A stretch of DNA of 63,997 nt, the filler included, from Dirinaria sp. TL-2023a (taxonomy: Eukaryota), in NCBI GenBank assembly GCA_051941275.1. It is 6 parts of 6 records of this genome, joined end to end, with 100 filler letters (N's around TTAATTAATTAA, not from the genome) between each part and the next. Parts side by side here need not be neighbours in the genome. Positions count along the whole stretch, not along the records: positions 10,777 to 21,419 come from JAVEBF010000917.1; positions 21,520 to 32,139 come from JAVEBF010000918.1; 4 more parts are not named here. The stretch is one strand, 5' to 3'. Below the pieces are notes generated by a model that searched no databases, was not told where the DNA came from, and saw only the letters and a list, made by a program, of their open reading frames with translations. A program made the position numbers and the translations under genes. Positions within the stretch are counted from its first letter, which is position 1, and each line of letters begins with the position of its first letter. Of the stretch, positions 12,731 through 24,488 are shown in pieces.

Positions 12731-13452
12731 TGCCACCTAAAAATAATGGCAGACGGACGATCCAAAGGCCCTCCTCAGCCTCTTTATATCAATCGAGGCC
12801 GAGCTTCCTCTCGCGAAGTGACGAGTCAGTATGATAATCTTCCGTACGGGCACAATCAGTTGACTCTCTACTTATAGATCTACCCCTAACAATGCTTGCT
12901 TTTGTAGATAACCTCAACGTCCGTCTCGAGAAAATACATAGACGCTATATCATTTATACTGCCTCACTCGATCGCCGTCATCTAAGCGGGTGTATCCATC
13001 CCGATATGTTCATCAATACCACTCGTGATACTCCATGCCGACAATGAGTGATTTAAATAATCTTCTTAGCAATTAACATCTTGACTGACGTATGACTAAC
13101 TACGATTATAGAAGAGTTTGATTAGAAGCAGGGAACTGAGGTACAGCAGTACGCGATTCAGAATTATCACCCCGTCCTCGCTTGGCCCAAAGCGGACCAG
13201 GTGGAACTGGATAAGCCGTCGACCTGGCCGGCGGAGAGAACTTGCCTCACCGATCATGACATCGGTCGTGTCGTGGACCCCGGGATCGGGACTAGAGCCC
13301 GATATGAGCGCTGGCCCGGAACTTTCGACTCTAAGGGCAACATTCGTTTGTCTCGGAAGCCCCTTGGTCTACCAGCGGTTATGGAGTATGAAGGTCGCCT
13401 CTACGTTCAGGTCTACAAGGAGAAGTATCATTTGATGGGAGGTGTTACTTAA
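12731..13452 (+). pseudogene. Small intron-containing orphan gene, probably inactivated
   Basis: The last exon frame EEFD*KQGTEVQQYAIQNYHPVLAWPKADQVELDKPSTWPAERTC...YHLMGGVT follows a CTAAC...TAG acceptor and carries an in-frame TAG at ~13123. The 5' exon structure is uncertain. Confidence 0.35.
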
Positions 13453-14149
13453 ATTGGCCCTCTTCTACTCGTTCATCGAGTGTCCAGCAGTGGATCGTGC
13501 CAAGCCAGTCGTGGAGGCAACCAATTAAACTCCAAGCGCCCAAATTACTCACAGTGTGTCAAGGGCTTCTTTCTTTTCCTTCTTTGACCCTTTCGTTCCT
13601 CAAACTTTCTGTCAAGCATAATAAAACCTAGACATTGATTGACCAGAGAGTGACAGATAACATCAATTTCCAACACAAATGTTTTTTCCTCATACTCTAC
13701 TCTTTATCATGCATCCTATCATTGTGTCTCTATGAGGTAGCGATATGTGTTGGTTGCATCATCTGCATCGAATTCATTATTTCCGTTGTAATATCAGCCT
13801 GCTACTCAATGACTTTGACTAGACACTCATTCAAGTCGTTTTTCTAGCACTTTTAGCTACCTCCGTCTCTAATTCGCAGAGATTAGCTCCCGTCCTGGAA
13901 AGATATCCTCAATTTTCATGATGCTGGTCGGGGAGATGTTGATACATGAGATTTAAAGGACATTGAATCGACTGTAAAGAATCAAAATGCCTGGATGTTA
14001 CTTATTCAGCTGATAGCGTTTCCGCTGACTCGGAATGCGGAAACTTTCAGCTCGAATATCAAGTCTTCACACTTGAATACTCTAAAGCAAAAGTATCTTT
14101 GTGTTAGAGTCAGACAAAGCTCGTTGCCTAAGATAGAAAACTATCATAC

Positions 14150-14380
14150 TGTTTATGAGAAACGGCTCCGCAGAAAACAAAGGATTTCAAAGGAAGAAGA
14201 TCTCGTTCTAGTAAGAAATCATGTCCTTGACGGCCAACGAAAACGAAAACTGGAATCAAAATGACTGAGATCTCGACTACTTCAGGAAGTGAGCATCTTC
14301 TAAAAGCGATCTGATTAGAGAATTACATGATAGTGAAAAAGAAAAAAGAGATACCGCATCGACGATATTTTATTTAATAT
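14150..14380 (+). mobile_element. Ty3/Gypsy pol C-terminal (post-integrase GPY/F-like) remnant, hypermutated
   Basis: EEDLVLVRNHVLDGQRKRKLESK*LRSRLL corresponds to the consensus EGDLVLVR....D...KLEP.WLGP.LL, differing by transitions. Confidence 0.7.
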
Positions 14381-15099
14381 CATCAGAGAATCTCAGAATT
14401 ATGAAGCGAACGTTTGTCATCATTCTATCGAATCACGACTAGATCGAAGCAATCGAAGTATTGATCTACAGATAGAACAACATTCAACTCAGCGAGATGT
14501 AGGATCCGCGAGCACGATGAAGCTATCATTTAGAAAGTAATACTTTGACGAATTAGATTTTAGTAGCGTGATTTATCCGCTATTGCGATGATCCTGAGAA
14601 GAGTATTTAACTCACAATTATCTTTTCTTCTTCTGTTGTTCTTTTCTTCTACTCTTCATCAACATTCATTCGTAAATCGTATCTGTGAGAAACAGGTGTG
14701 CTTCTAATAAATCGATAAAGATGAATTCTTAAAACCAATCTTCATCCGGATATCTCATGCTCTCCACGCCCTTGTTTACGCAGATCAAGGAAAGACAACA
14801 CCATAACCAGATTTAAAAAAGAAAAATGTATTACATATCTCCGACGCTTCAACTCGTTCAGTAGTCACTTCTATATCTCTCATCTTTTTCGTACAAACCG
14901 GAATATTTACTTTACGTGAGTCCTTGTTCTCGAGATTATTAAGTACAATTATTTCATCAAGACCATTTACTCCGTCTTTGATACAACGTTTGAAAATTCA
15001 AGACTCGAAGATGCGATTTTCATTCCAAATATCATTCATACTATCAATAAACCTCTCAAACGAAACTATTAAAAGAGTTAAAGATCATTCTGACTCGTA

Positions 15100-15790
15100 G
15101 CTTTCAGTGTACTGTCGATAACCATGTTATCCCAGTAGTACCCTCCAAGATGTATTATTAATACCCTCGTGTATCAAGCTTTCGCTATACGAATTCTTTC
15201 TATCCTGGATCTGCTCCTTCACCTCTAGCTGTCTAAGTACCGAGGTAGATCTTTTCAGCAATGATACATTGTCTATATCTTGATCAGACGTGTCTTGAGC
15301 GTTTGGATCTTTGTTTTTCGCTCTTCACTTTCTTCTTCTCAATTGGCTCCAAACTTCGTCCAGCTCCCTGATGAGTGCGTATCTGCTCGTGGGAATTTCA
15401 TCCGTGCTAGACTCTGGTTTGTACAATGAGGCACTCAGCAGAGAAGAGGCAGCATGCAGCATCAGTCAAGAGATAATGATTAGGAGGATTCGGGTTCGAA
15501 TTTCGACCTTGATAACAATCTTCCAAAATTGATTGAAGAGGGTGTCATGGGCATGAAAATCTCTATTTCCGGACAAAAAATGGCTAACAATAATCAGAAT
15601 GAACTTTTCTCTCGTCGTCGTGAGCGAGATTATATCTCCACGAACGCGAGAGAGTTGTCAGCGCTATCGTGTTGGCTTAGAAGATGATGAACGAAAGTGT
15701 GAAATGATATCCACTTCTGCAGCTAAGACATCTTCATTATCAGCTTTCGTAGCGTCATCAGCTTCTCAAGATCTTCATGTGATTCAAATA
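15100..15790 (-). pseudogene. Degenerate coding remnant, family unknown
   Basis: One minus-strand frame reads as protein-like (...DIISLTTTREKFILIIVSHFLSGNRDFHAHDTLFNQFWKIVIKVEIRTRILL...YALIRELDEVWSQLRRRK*) with scattered in-frame stops. Confidence 0.3.
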
Positions 15791-18206
15791 TAACCCACCA
15801 TATCTGGCCGGCATGATCGTGCTCGTTCAGTTGACCTGTATGCCCGCTCTGCGAGTACTCTTGTTAACGAGTGATTATTTTCAAAATTTAGCAAACGAGA
15901 CGAATACGAGAAACTGAAAAAATTATGGGTTTTCACAAACAAGAAACTAACTCTTTCTATGATTGCTAAATCAAAGAAAAATTATAAAATCAAAATTTCA
16001 AAATTGCAATCGAAAAACGCGATGAACATAAAACTGTTGCTATTGAAAGAAATTCGTCGAGTGATAAACTCAGCTGCGGGAGAAGAGAATAACATTAAGA
16101 TCTTACGCTTGGTTTGCGAGTTTTCAAAACCTGTTGTATGCTTATTTGCCTAATCACCGCTGCGGAGCTCAAAAGAGGCGTACAACGAGCAGATTCATAC
16201 GTTTAAGTCGACGTGCTTTTCAAAATCAATGAAGACGCTTTTGCGAATCTAAAAATGAGTATTGGTAAATGTCTCGAAGATCTGCTTTCGAAGGTTAGTG
16301 AACAAGTCTCAGAAACGGTCTGAGTTCAGCTGAAGTATTGCGAAACCTATATGATGTGGTTCAGGGGTCTTCTATCTATTTATTGTTGAGAAGTTTTCTG
16401 CAGGCTTCCCGCACCTACACTTTCAACGCCACACTATATGCCTGATTGGGGCAGAATCCGGTGTCCGCAAACTTCATATGGGCTCTTGGGCAGTGTCGGA
16501 ATGTGCAAGAGCCTTGGTAGTTGTTCCTATTCTTCTCCGATGCTGGCTTAGGCAGGGTTTCTGCTGCGATTTTCAACTTAGCATCTTGAAAAATTGCTTC
16601 AGTGAAGCGAAGAGCTACATTTGAGAAATCGCTGGATCATCATCAGGTAGCCGACTAAGCAACAAACATCATCAAGTTTCACTGAGCTGTGTACCTTGTC
16701 CAGGAATCTGCCCATCAACATAAATACCGCTTTGGCAGTCCTATTGGCTAGGTCAAGGCCATGTACAGCAGCATCAATATTCTTGCCGATAAGAGAAACA
16801 TAATGATAGATCTGGGACCGATGTCTTTATTTGCTCGATCCGTCGACTCATTCATCTTTTCACATCTTCCAGAGACCGATGAAATTGGACACAATCTTAG
16901 TATCTTGAACTTCTTCGGCTTCAACGGGATTCAGAACAAGATTCCCCTTGTAATGACAGCGATCTTGCGACGAGTGAAGAAATAAGATAGAACACAATGT
17001 CAACAAAAAGCTCAACTCGAGTAGTATCACTGGCTTTGTCAAAGCTCAACAGTGCCAGCAATAACAATCGTCTATTGTGGAGCAACATAGTCAGATAGCG
17101 GGCGACTGAACCCTGTGTGTTCAGCAGTCTATGCTTAAAAGATGGAGTGTTACCTGTGTTTGTCAGATAATTCTTTGCTTTGTCGACGTCTTGGCCGATT
17201 CATTATGCGAGCACATAATGTACGTTTTCTACACGATTACTTTACCGAAGCAGAAGCCCCAAGAAGTATTCCAGAGATTACTATACGACAGGCTTTGTAT
17301 GCTGCGGCATTCGGTATACCCGGCATATACCACACTTCGTTGTATGCGCAATTTCTTTCTTGATATAGCTTAGGGATGACAATGGGCTCCTAATTGTTAC
17401 CAAATGACTCTCTTCTGATCTTTTCGCAAATGGGTTTTACTATTTGCTCCGAGCTATGGTCTTTGACTTAGAGAAAGGCACAGATTGAGGACTCTACACA
17501 ATGCGAGAAGAAAGCTACGACAATGATTAGCTGTGTCTTTGAATAATTGCTTGCCGACTCGTCTTGGGACGAAGTGTTTCAGAGATACAACTTACAGCTT
17601 CAGCACCAGTGGGTTCTGGACCCTCCAACAAATATTGGATTTCTGGGTCATAATTATATAGCAGATGCAAATGCCCTTTTGAGTAAAAAAAAAAAACACC
17701 CGAAGGGATACCGCTGAAAAATCCTGAGATACTTGAACACAGAGACTCAACTGAAGAGAGAGCCCGATTTTTTATTCGTTATTTTTGCGAATTCGAATGC
17801 AATGATAAACGTTTTTAATGTTGATTTTGATAAAACGATACTAAGGTCCGAGCTCTTCGGCGTTTCAGGCTTGCTTCTTTCCATTTGCTGTTATGGGTGT
17901 AGGAGGGTTGAGGTTGGGCTCGTGCCTTCTGCTTTGTTGGGGCACCGGCGGCGGCGGCGGCGCTCAGTGGCGCCTGCATAATCTGAGTTGTTGAGGAGTG
18001 AATGAGTAATTCAAGTACTGGGCTTTTAAACTCCCGGATTCCCTCCACTTCTCTCCCTCACCCCCAAGCTTTTTTGGCATCATCCACTACTCTCACAGTG
18101 CACGCCATTTTTTCCAAGCATTGTACTCTAAGTGAGTAAAATTGTCCCTCTAAGAACTCTAATCGAAGGGATACACTACCTGCTTCTCAGCAAATTTTAC
18201 CCAAAA

Positions 18207-20315
18207 TGTCCACCTCACAGGGGAATAGGTTGGTTCCGCCGCCGTCTCTTACTCAATTGCCGAGACCAGAATGCTGTCGATGGAGGATGATGGAGAAAAG
18301 AAGAGATCTAGCTTCGTTGGTTCTCACAATGAGAGTAATGACGCAGCCGTCCATTTGTTCATTCAGTTGAGACTTGCGTTCGATCTCACCATGACCCACG
18401 ACACCCAAGGCATCAGTGGAGTTCGCTCCGAATCCGGCTCAGCGGGCTCTAAGGCCACGATTATGTTCAGTCGTGATCTAAACCATGACTCTTTTGATAA
18501 CTTTAAGGGAAACCGTATCATTGCATGCGTAGACGCCAAGAAGCTCGATGATGATTGTCCACAAAATCATTCTGGAATGCCGTTTGCAAGAAGCTGAAGC
18601 AGATCACAAAGTTCAATGGCAAAGCTTACATCATGATAGATCTCGCTTTCGTCGACGACCTCTCATCTAATCTAAAGCAACAGTCCTTTTCACAACTAGT
18701 TGATAATACATATCAGCTTCAATATCGTCAGTTATACGAAAAGGAACTACACAAGAAAGAGTTTCAAGACTTTCTGCCCAGTCTTCAGAAGCAAATCAAG
18801 TCGATTCAAGGAGTGGTGAAGGACAGCGAATCAAGGACAGTGATAAAGCGACATGTCGTTATTGCATTCATTCTCAATATTTCTAAGCCAATAATAACTC
18901 AAGAAGAACACAAATCACAGATGCGTGTTCTGACAAATTCTGTAACAATAACAGCGAAGATCATCAGACAAGAGTTGATTCGAGTAGAGATGAATGTTTT
19001 TAATTTGACTCAGATGAAAATTGAGAAAAAGACTATTGCAACGAGCATAGTCAAACAGTTTCTGGAATTATTGGGACCGAGCGCAGTTTAGGCAAAGTAA
19101 GCTGATACTATCGAAGTATCACCCACAGGCGAAGCATCTGGATCTGACGAAACAAAGAGCACCCTATCTCTATCGAAGTTTATTGTGACTAAAGTCGTTC
19201 AGGAAAACACATGTCGTTGCTTGAAGTGCGAGTCAGATGTTACAGCCACTATTAGAAAGGAAGTCGAAGCAGACGTCATGAAGGATATGATCACTGTCTT
19301 AAATCAAGACGAAGAATGGCGCCTACGCTGGAAGTTTAGAAGCCAATACTATGACTCAATCACTGAATCCACCAAAGCTACCATGCGTCAGGATGCCATG
19401 AACCAAGTTTTCAGGGAGGCCCAGGAGGCAGTTAGGAAGGAGATGGGCGGACAAAGAATATGAGACACGGGCAAAAAATAGGAAAAGAAAATTCCTAGTG
19501 AACTAGGGGCAACTAGTGGAAGCACAAAGCTCGTCGTCGCAGACGACAACGATAATATCATACTGAGAGGATTTTAGGGAGGAACTTACCTTAGCTTTGC
19601 GATTTCCTCATTAAACGAGCATTAGTCATTAGTCTGCAAAAGAGGAGGGCTAGTCCTCCCCCACGGATGTTTTGCTTTGGGGTTTTTAACCGCCAGAGGT
19701 CGTATTTCTACGGTGTGAACCAACAGTGTGTTGCGCCCCTTCGTACCCAACGGGGATGTCAATCTGTTCCAGGTGAGAGCTGCCAACCCATCTCTTTTTG
19801 GACATCATGGCTCACGCAAGAGATCAGTTAAGATTCTTAAGGACAAACAAGATCTTCTCACAGACAAGCTTGTCAAGGCAAAGGATAACTCAGAAGCTCG
19901 ACAGCTCTCAGAGGCGTCTCGTAATTTCTTGATCTACCAACGACAACATCAGAGTGAAGACGAACCTTCTCAGAAAATCGAGACTAGTGCCAAGAAGGCT
20001 CGTAAGAATGTGAAGGCACTACATCCGAAGTCTTATTGTGTTGCGATCGAGAATGATAACTGATCAAAGGCAATGAACGACGTATCTTTTGCCGTCAACA
20101 AGGATCTTCTAGCAACAGTCAAGAAGTTGGTCAGTGAAAATATTACGTTAAGAGAGCAACTAGGGCAACGGAAGGTAGCTCCCGTGGCTGCTATAAGTAT
20201 GGAAGGCCGTGGTGGCGAGAAGGATGTTGATGGTGATAAGGATAATCAACGAAAGATAGCTCTCGTGGCTGCTAAAGGTATGAAGAATCGTGATGATGAG
20301 GATGATGATGATTGA
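18207..20315 (+). pseudogene. Large fragmented gene (coiled-coil-rich, acidic C-terminus), family unknown
   Basis: Collinear chain of same-strand ORFs (18271-18597, 18555-19091, 19185-19463, 19728-20063, 20073-20315) broken by frameshifts and stops, ending RDDEDDDD*. Confidence 0.5.
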
Positions 20316-20829
20316 GGACTGAGTGTGACGGAACATATATCATCGATATCTTTTATGGCAGGTAGTCTTGGGAGAGAGAGGAGGGATGATTATTAGGGAG
20401 AATATCGATTAGCTCATGATTGAGGGGTATTTAGCAATCCCCCAGCACTTTGTAAGTTAATAAACCATCTGCAACCCTCCATAAGTGCATACTTGCTAGT
20501 CCTCTCCTATCATACCCTTTTAACGGAGATTTTTACTGCTTCAACCTTGTGAGTACCTGATTTGGAGGTGTGCGAACGAGCGAACCTACCTTAGATTTTG
20601 CAGCGCTAGTAGGTCGGCCGAGCGCGCTTGAAAAACAAGCGCGACCACCTTAATTGCCGATCCTCATCCCAGTATTCTATTGGCTCCAGTCTAAGGCTTT
20701 TCAAGTTTTCACAATTTGATATTCTCAATTGCCTTCTAAATGTGCCTGAAACCCTCTTCAGACTAGGCCAAAAGGGTTGCAGACTCTCCATGTAAGCCTC
20801 AGGCTCAAAACCCATCTCTCCCGCCATAA

Positions 20830-21419
20830 ATGGCGGCCCCAGCCTCGAAAATCGACCGCCAAACCACCACGCCTTTCCACCTAAAGCTCTTCTACCGCAC
20901 AGGTTCCTTCCACCGGTTTATCTTCCCCCTCTTCCAGACCCGTGGCTTCCCCCAACGAGGAACATCCCAGCTAAAACTTTTCAATGCTCCAGTCTCGACG
21001 AATTCCCCACAACGCCATCGACCCCTCTCCCCTCCCACCTCCAAATCTATACCTGGCCCACATGCACCCTGCGGGAGCTCTCCCACCTCCTCGTATCCGC
21101 CATCCCTTCCCTCCTCCCCTCGCCCGCAGTCGGCACCCGTCTCGCGTACCGCCTCGTGTTCCCAGACACGCGTTCCACGGCGCCCTCCGCGCCCGCGCGC
21201 TACATAAGTAAGGAACTTGGCTCCGTGGTCGTTGGTGGAGATGGAGAGGGCGGCGGGGTTTTCCCCACGGAAGAGGAAGAAAAGGTGGTCACGGGCGGCG
21301 TGATGAGCGAGAGGCTGGGCGGGGAGCCGGATAAGACGCTCAGTGAGGCGCGGTTTGTGGTCGGGGACTGGGTGTGCTGTGCGATTTTTGAGGCGGGTGC
21401 GGATGGCGGGGTTGCACCC
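20830..21419 (+). CDS. SAP18: Sin3-associated polypeptide SAP18 (3' truncated at contig end)
   Basis: IDRQTTTPFHLKLFYRTGSFHR, intron ~20916-20992, then LDEF...LQIYTWPTCTLREL...GTRLAYRLVFPD...YISKELGSVV...KTLSEARFVVGDWVCCAIF. Confidence 0.92.
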
Positions 21420-21519
21420 NNNNNNNNNNNNNNNNNNNNNNNNNNNNNNNNNNNNNNNNNNNNTTAATTAATTAANNNNNNNNNNNNNNNNNNNNNNNNN
21501 NNNNNNNNNNNNNNNNNNN
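21420..21519. other. Artificial contig linker
   Basis: N44-TTAATTAATTAA-N44. Confidence 0.99.
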
Positions 21520-21830
21520 GAGGAGGGGCTTGAGGAGGGAAATGGTACTGTTTCAGGACTCTGATGATAGTATCCGGAGACAAGAATTAGCTTAGACACC
21601 GAGCTAGCTAATGATAGTGGTTTTACTGAGAGGATGAAGAATATTCGATGTCTAGAATCCTTTCCGGAATAATGAGAAAGAGGATTAACCTTACATGCTG
21701 ACATTCGTCGTAAAACCATCAATTTAAGTGCAACTGCACAAACGATCTTCCATCATCATCATAACAAAAGAACACAGAGTGTATAAGATCGCCTCTCAGT
21801 GCTCAAAGACTGTAAATCATCCCCCATTTA

Positions 21831-22825
21831 TCAATCCAATCTCATACGAGCTTGGGAGAAAATAAACAGCATCGCGCTCTGCGCTCCTGGATGCAATCGC
21901 ACAGCGACCTCGATGCCTTCTTGTACTTCAGAAGACCCGAGATCCGAAATACTGAGACTGGAACAATTGAAGCAGGTTTCTCCGCCCGAGATATCCATCG
22001 CGCTCTGTGATCGGCTTTTCGTTGTGCCGCTCTGAACCCGCAAGCTGTGCACCGGCAGCATCGATCGCGCATCTGTACTCGTGACCAGAACCTCCACCGC
22101 CGCGAACCCATTTCCCGTGCTAAAACCCCGCCTGCTCGCGGCTGGCATTTGAAAACTTCGTTTCCTCTCATCTCTCGTCGTGGTATACCCCACGCTCTTC
22201 AACTCTCTCTGATCTAAACAATACGCCGTCGTGCGCTCCCCTCCTCCCTCCTTCTCCTCCTCCGCGAAGTCATCAGTGACATCAGCGCAGATATACCCCG
22301 TCCCACATTCCCCGTAGTAAATCGTGCGGATGCTCGAACCGGCGCTGTTCCTGCACGCGAGACTCCATGCCTGCGGGCTGCGCGCGCGCACGCACCGCGA
22401 GGAGATGAATTGGTGTTTTTGCAGGCAGGAGTGGATTGCGTAGGAGGATTGGAGGGGCTTTTGGAGAGATGGGGAGGATGTATTGTTGGAAAGGGTTGTG
22501 TGGTGGTGGTAGAGGATGGGGGTCTGGAAGGTTATGGTGTCGTTTGTGGAGGTTAGGATGGTGATGGTTAGAAGTGGTCTGTGAGGGTATTGGGTTAGTT
22601 TTTGTTGCGTGGTTTTTGAGCGGTTGGTTTGCGTTTGGGGAAGGAGGGGACTGACGGTGAGTTGGCGATGTAGCTTGTGTTAGTGGTAGGGGGCGTTGGT
22701 TTGGGAGATAGGATTCTGGATTGATTCAAGGTAGGATCATTCTGATTGAGGAAATTGAAACCCAGTGCTGTACAAAGCCCGTGGATGCATAGTGTGAGGA
22801 ACAGCCACCCAACACAAGCTGGCAT
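21831..22825 (-). CDS. Putative secreted Cys-containing protein, gene structure uncertain
   Basis: Signal peptide MPACVGWLFLTLCIHGLCTALG. Intron with ACTAAC...CACAG acceptor near 22580. Cys-spaced domain HSC..SRC..LAC..GEC..YIC..AYC..TCFNC. Confidence 0.55.
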
Positions 22826-24488
22826 CCCAAATTGAGCTCAGTCCGGCACTGCACCAGATAAATCTTCGACCAAGAAGTTCCGGACTGCATCATACCCTAC
22901 TCCCACTCGATTCTTATACTGCTCTCGAAACCCATGTTCGCGCTAGTATAGTTGGTGTGGGATTTTGATCAACCGAATCTCCTTTAAAGTCATACGACTC
23001 GATGAAATTTTTTTGTGGGATTATTCTCTTCTTTTGACATTTCCGCATCGACATTATTGGAAAACAAGCTCTAGACAGAAACGGAGGTCTTCTCCCAGGA
23101 GACGCAGAGCAGTAGAGCAAGAAAATCTCCGAAGCCACTGTTTCGGCCAATATGTCATGGTGTTGACACAAATCAGTCATATACACTTTTATCTTGCATC
23201 TCCGCGCTAATTTACTTGAGCGCCAGGAGGAGAAAAGACAAAGAAGAAGGAACAAGAGGGTCACCGTAGGGTGGAGAGAAAAGGACAAAAGAAAGGGTCC
23301 ACTGGCTTTGTACTCCGTACAGTGTACACGAATCGTTAGAGCGCGTAATAGAACTAGTACGCCGTTAGCTACCGGGAGGATTTGGCGATACCCGCTATCA
23401 TGGATCCATCATTAAGCACTTTTTCATCATTAAGCACTTTTTTTGAATGGAGGATAAGGTCCGAGCCGGTGTATGTAGGAGCGACAGCGAGTAGGAAGTG
23501 CGCCGGTTAACCGTGGTCAAAGTCTGTGGTACATCGTTTCCGAGTAAAGCGCTGATCCGCTTTGACACCTCGAAAGCCAGGTGAGACACCACAAGTGCAA
23601 TAATAGGGCTTGAAAGAAGTAAGATTTGAGAACGCCGTCGGTGGGCTCAGTCGTAGTCGATAATTTTGTCCTGCTTTGGAATTGATACTTCGTTTCTCAC
23701 ACCTGTGGAAGAATGCTTTTGTTTCGCCATTGGGTTGATCGACATCGGACGTCATTTTATCTGCTCAAGGGGTAGTCCTCGAGAGTGGACTTCAACTTAG
23801 AACGAATCCAATAAGTAAAACCCAAAGCGATGATGTCTGTACTGTCTCAGCATTGGTACCAGACGTCACAAACTGATTCATCAACCTATTATCTTATTAG
23901 CCGGACGCTACATCTTTGAATACCGAAGTGCCTAGTTCGGCTTGAGGGAAGTGTCTGGAACTCTGGATGTCTGACCCTAGGCCATCAGGGCCATTGATGC
24001 GATTGCTGCGCATAGCACATGGCATGGTCATGCTGGATGTCACCTCTGGTGTAAAACTGCCATCGTATCCACATGTTGACTTATGGCAAATCCACTATTG
24101 CGAATTTTGCGCATAATGGCATATGGCATTGTCGCCACTTCCGGCACACAATTGCGATTTTGCGCGCATATACTGATGGATTAATATCAAGTGCATGACC
24201 ATTGTGGCTCTTGATAACATTGCACCTACCATGTCTTTGTCTTGCAATGTTCGTTCAGTTCAAATGCTCTTCACGAAGATATTCCAAATTGCAAACAGGT
24301 ATTGTTATCGTTCTTGAACATTCTCCCCACTCTTGCATTTCCCTAATGAAGTTGGAACTGCTTTGGCGAAGCGACAAAGAGGACCAAATTGTATCATGAT
24401 CCACCATGAGATTTGCTGTTTCTGCAGAGTCACATGGGAGCAGAAGGCAGTCTAGTCCAAGGTAGACCCGTAGTCAATGAATCAAAGC

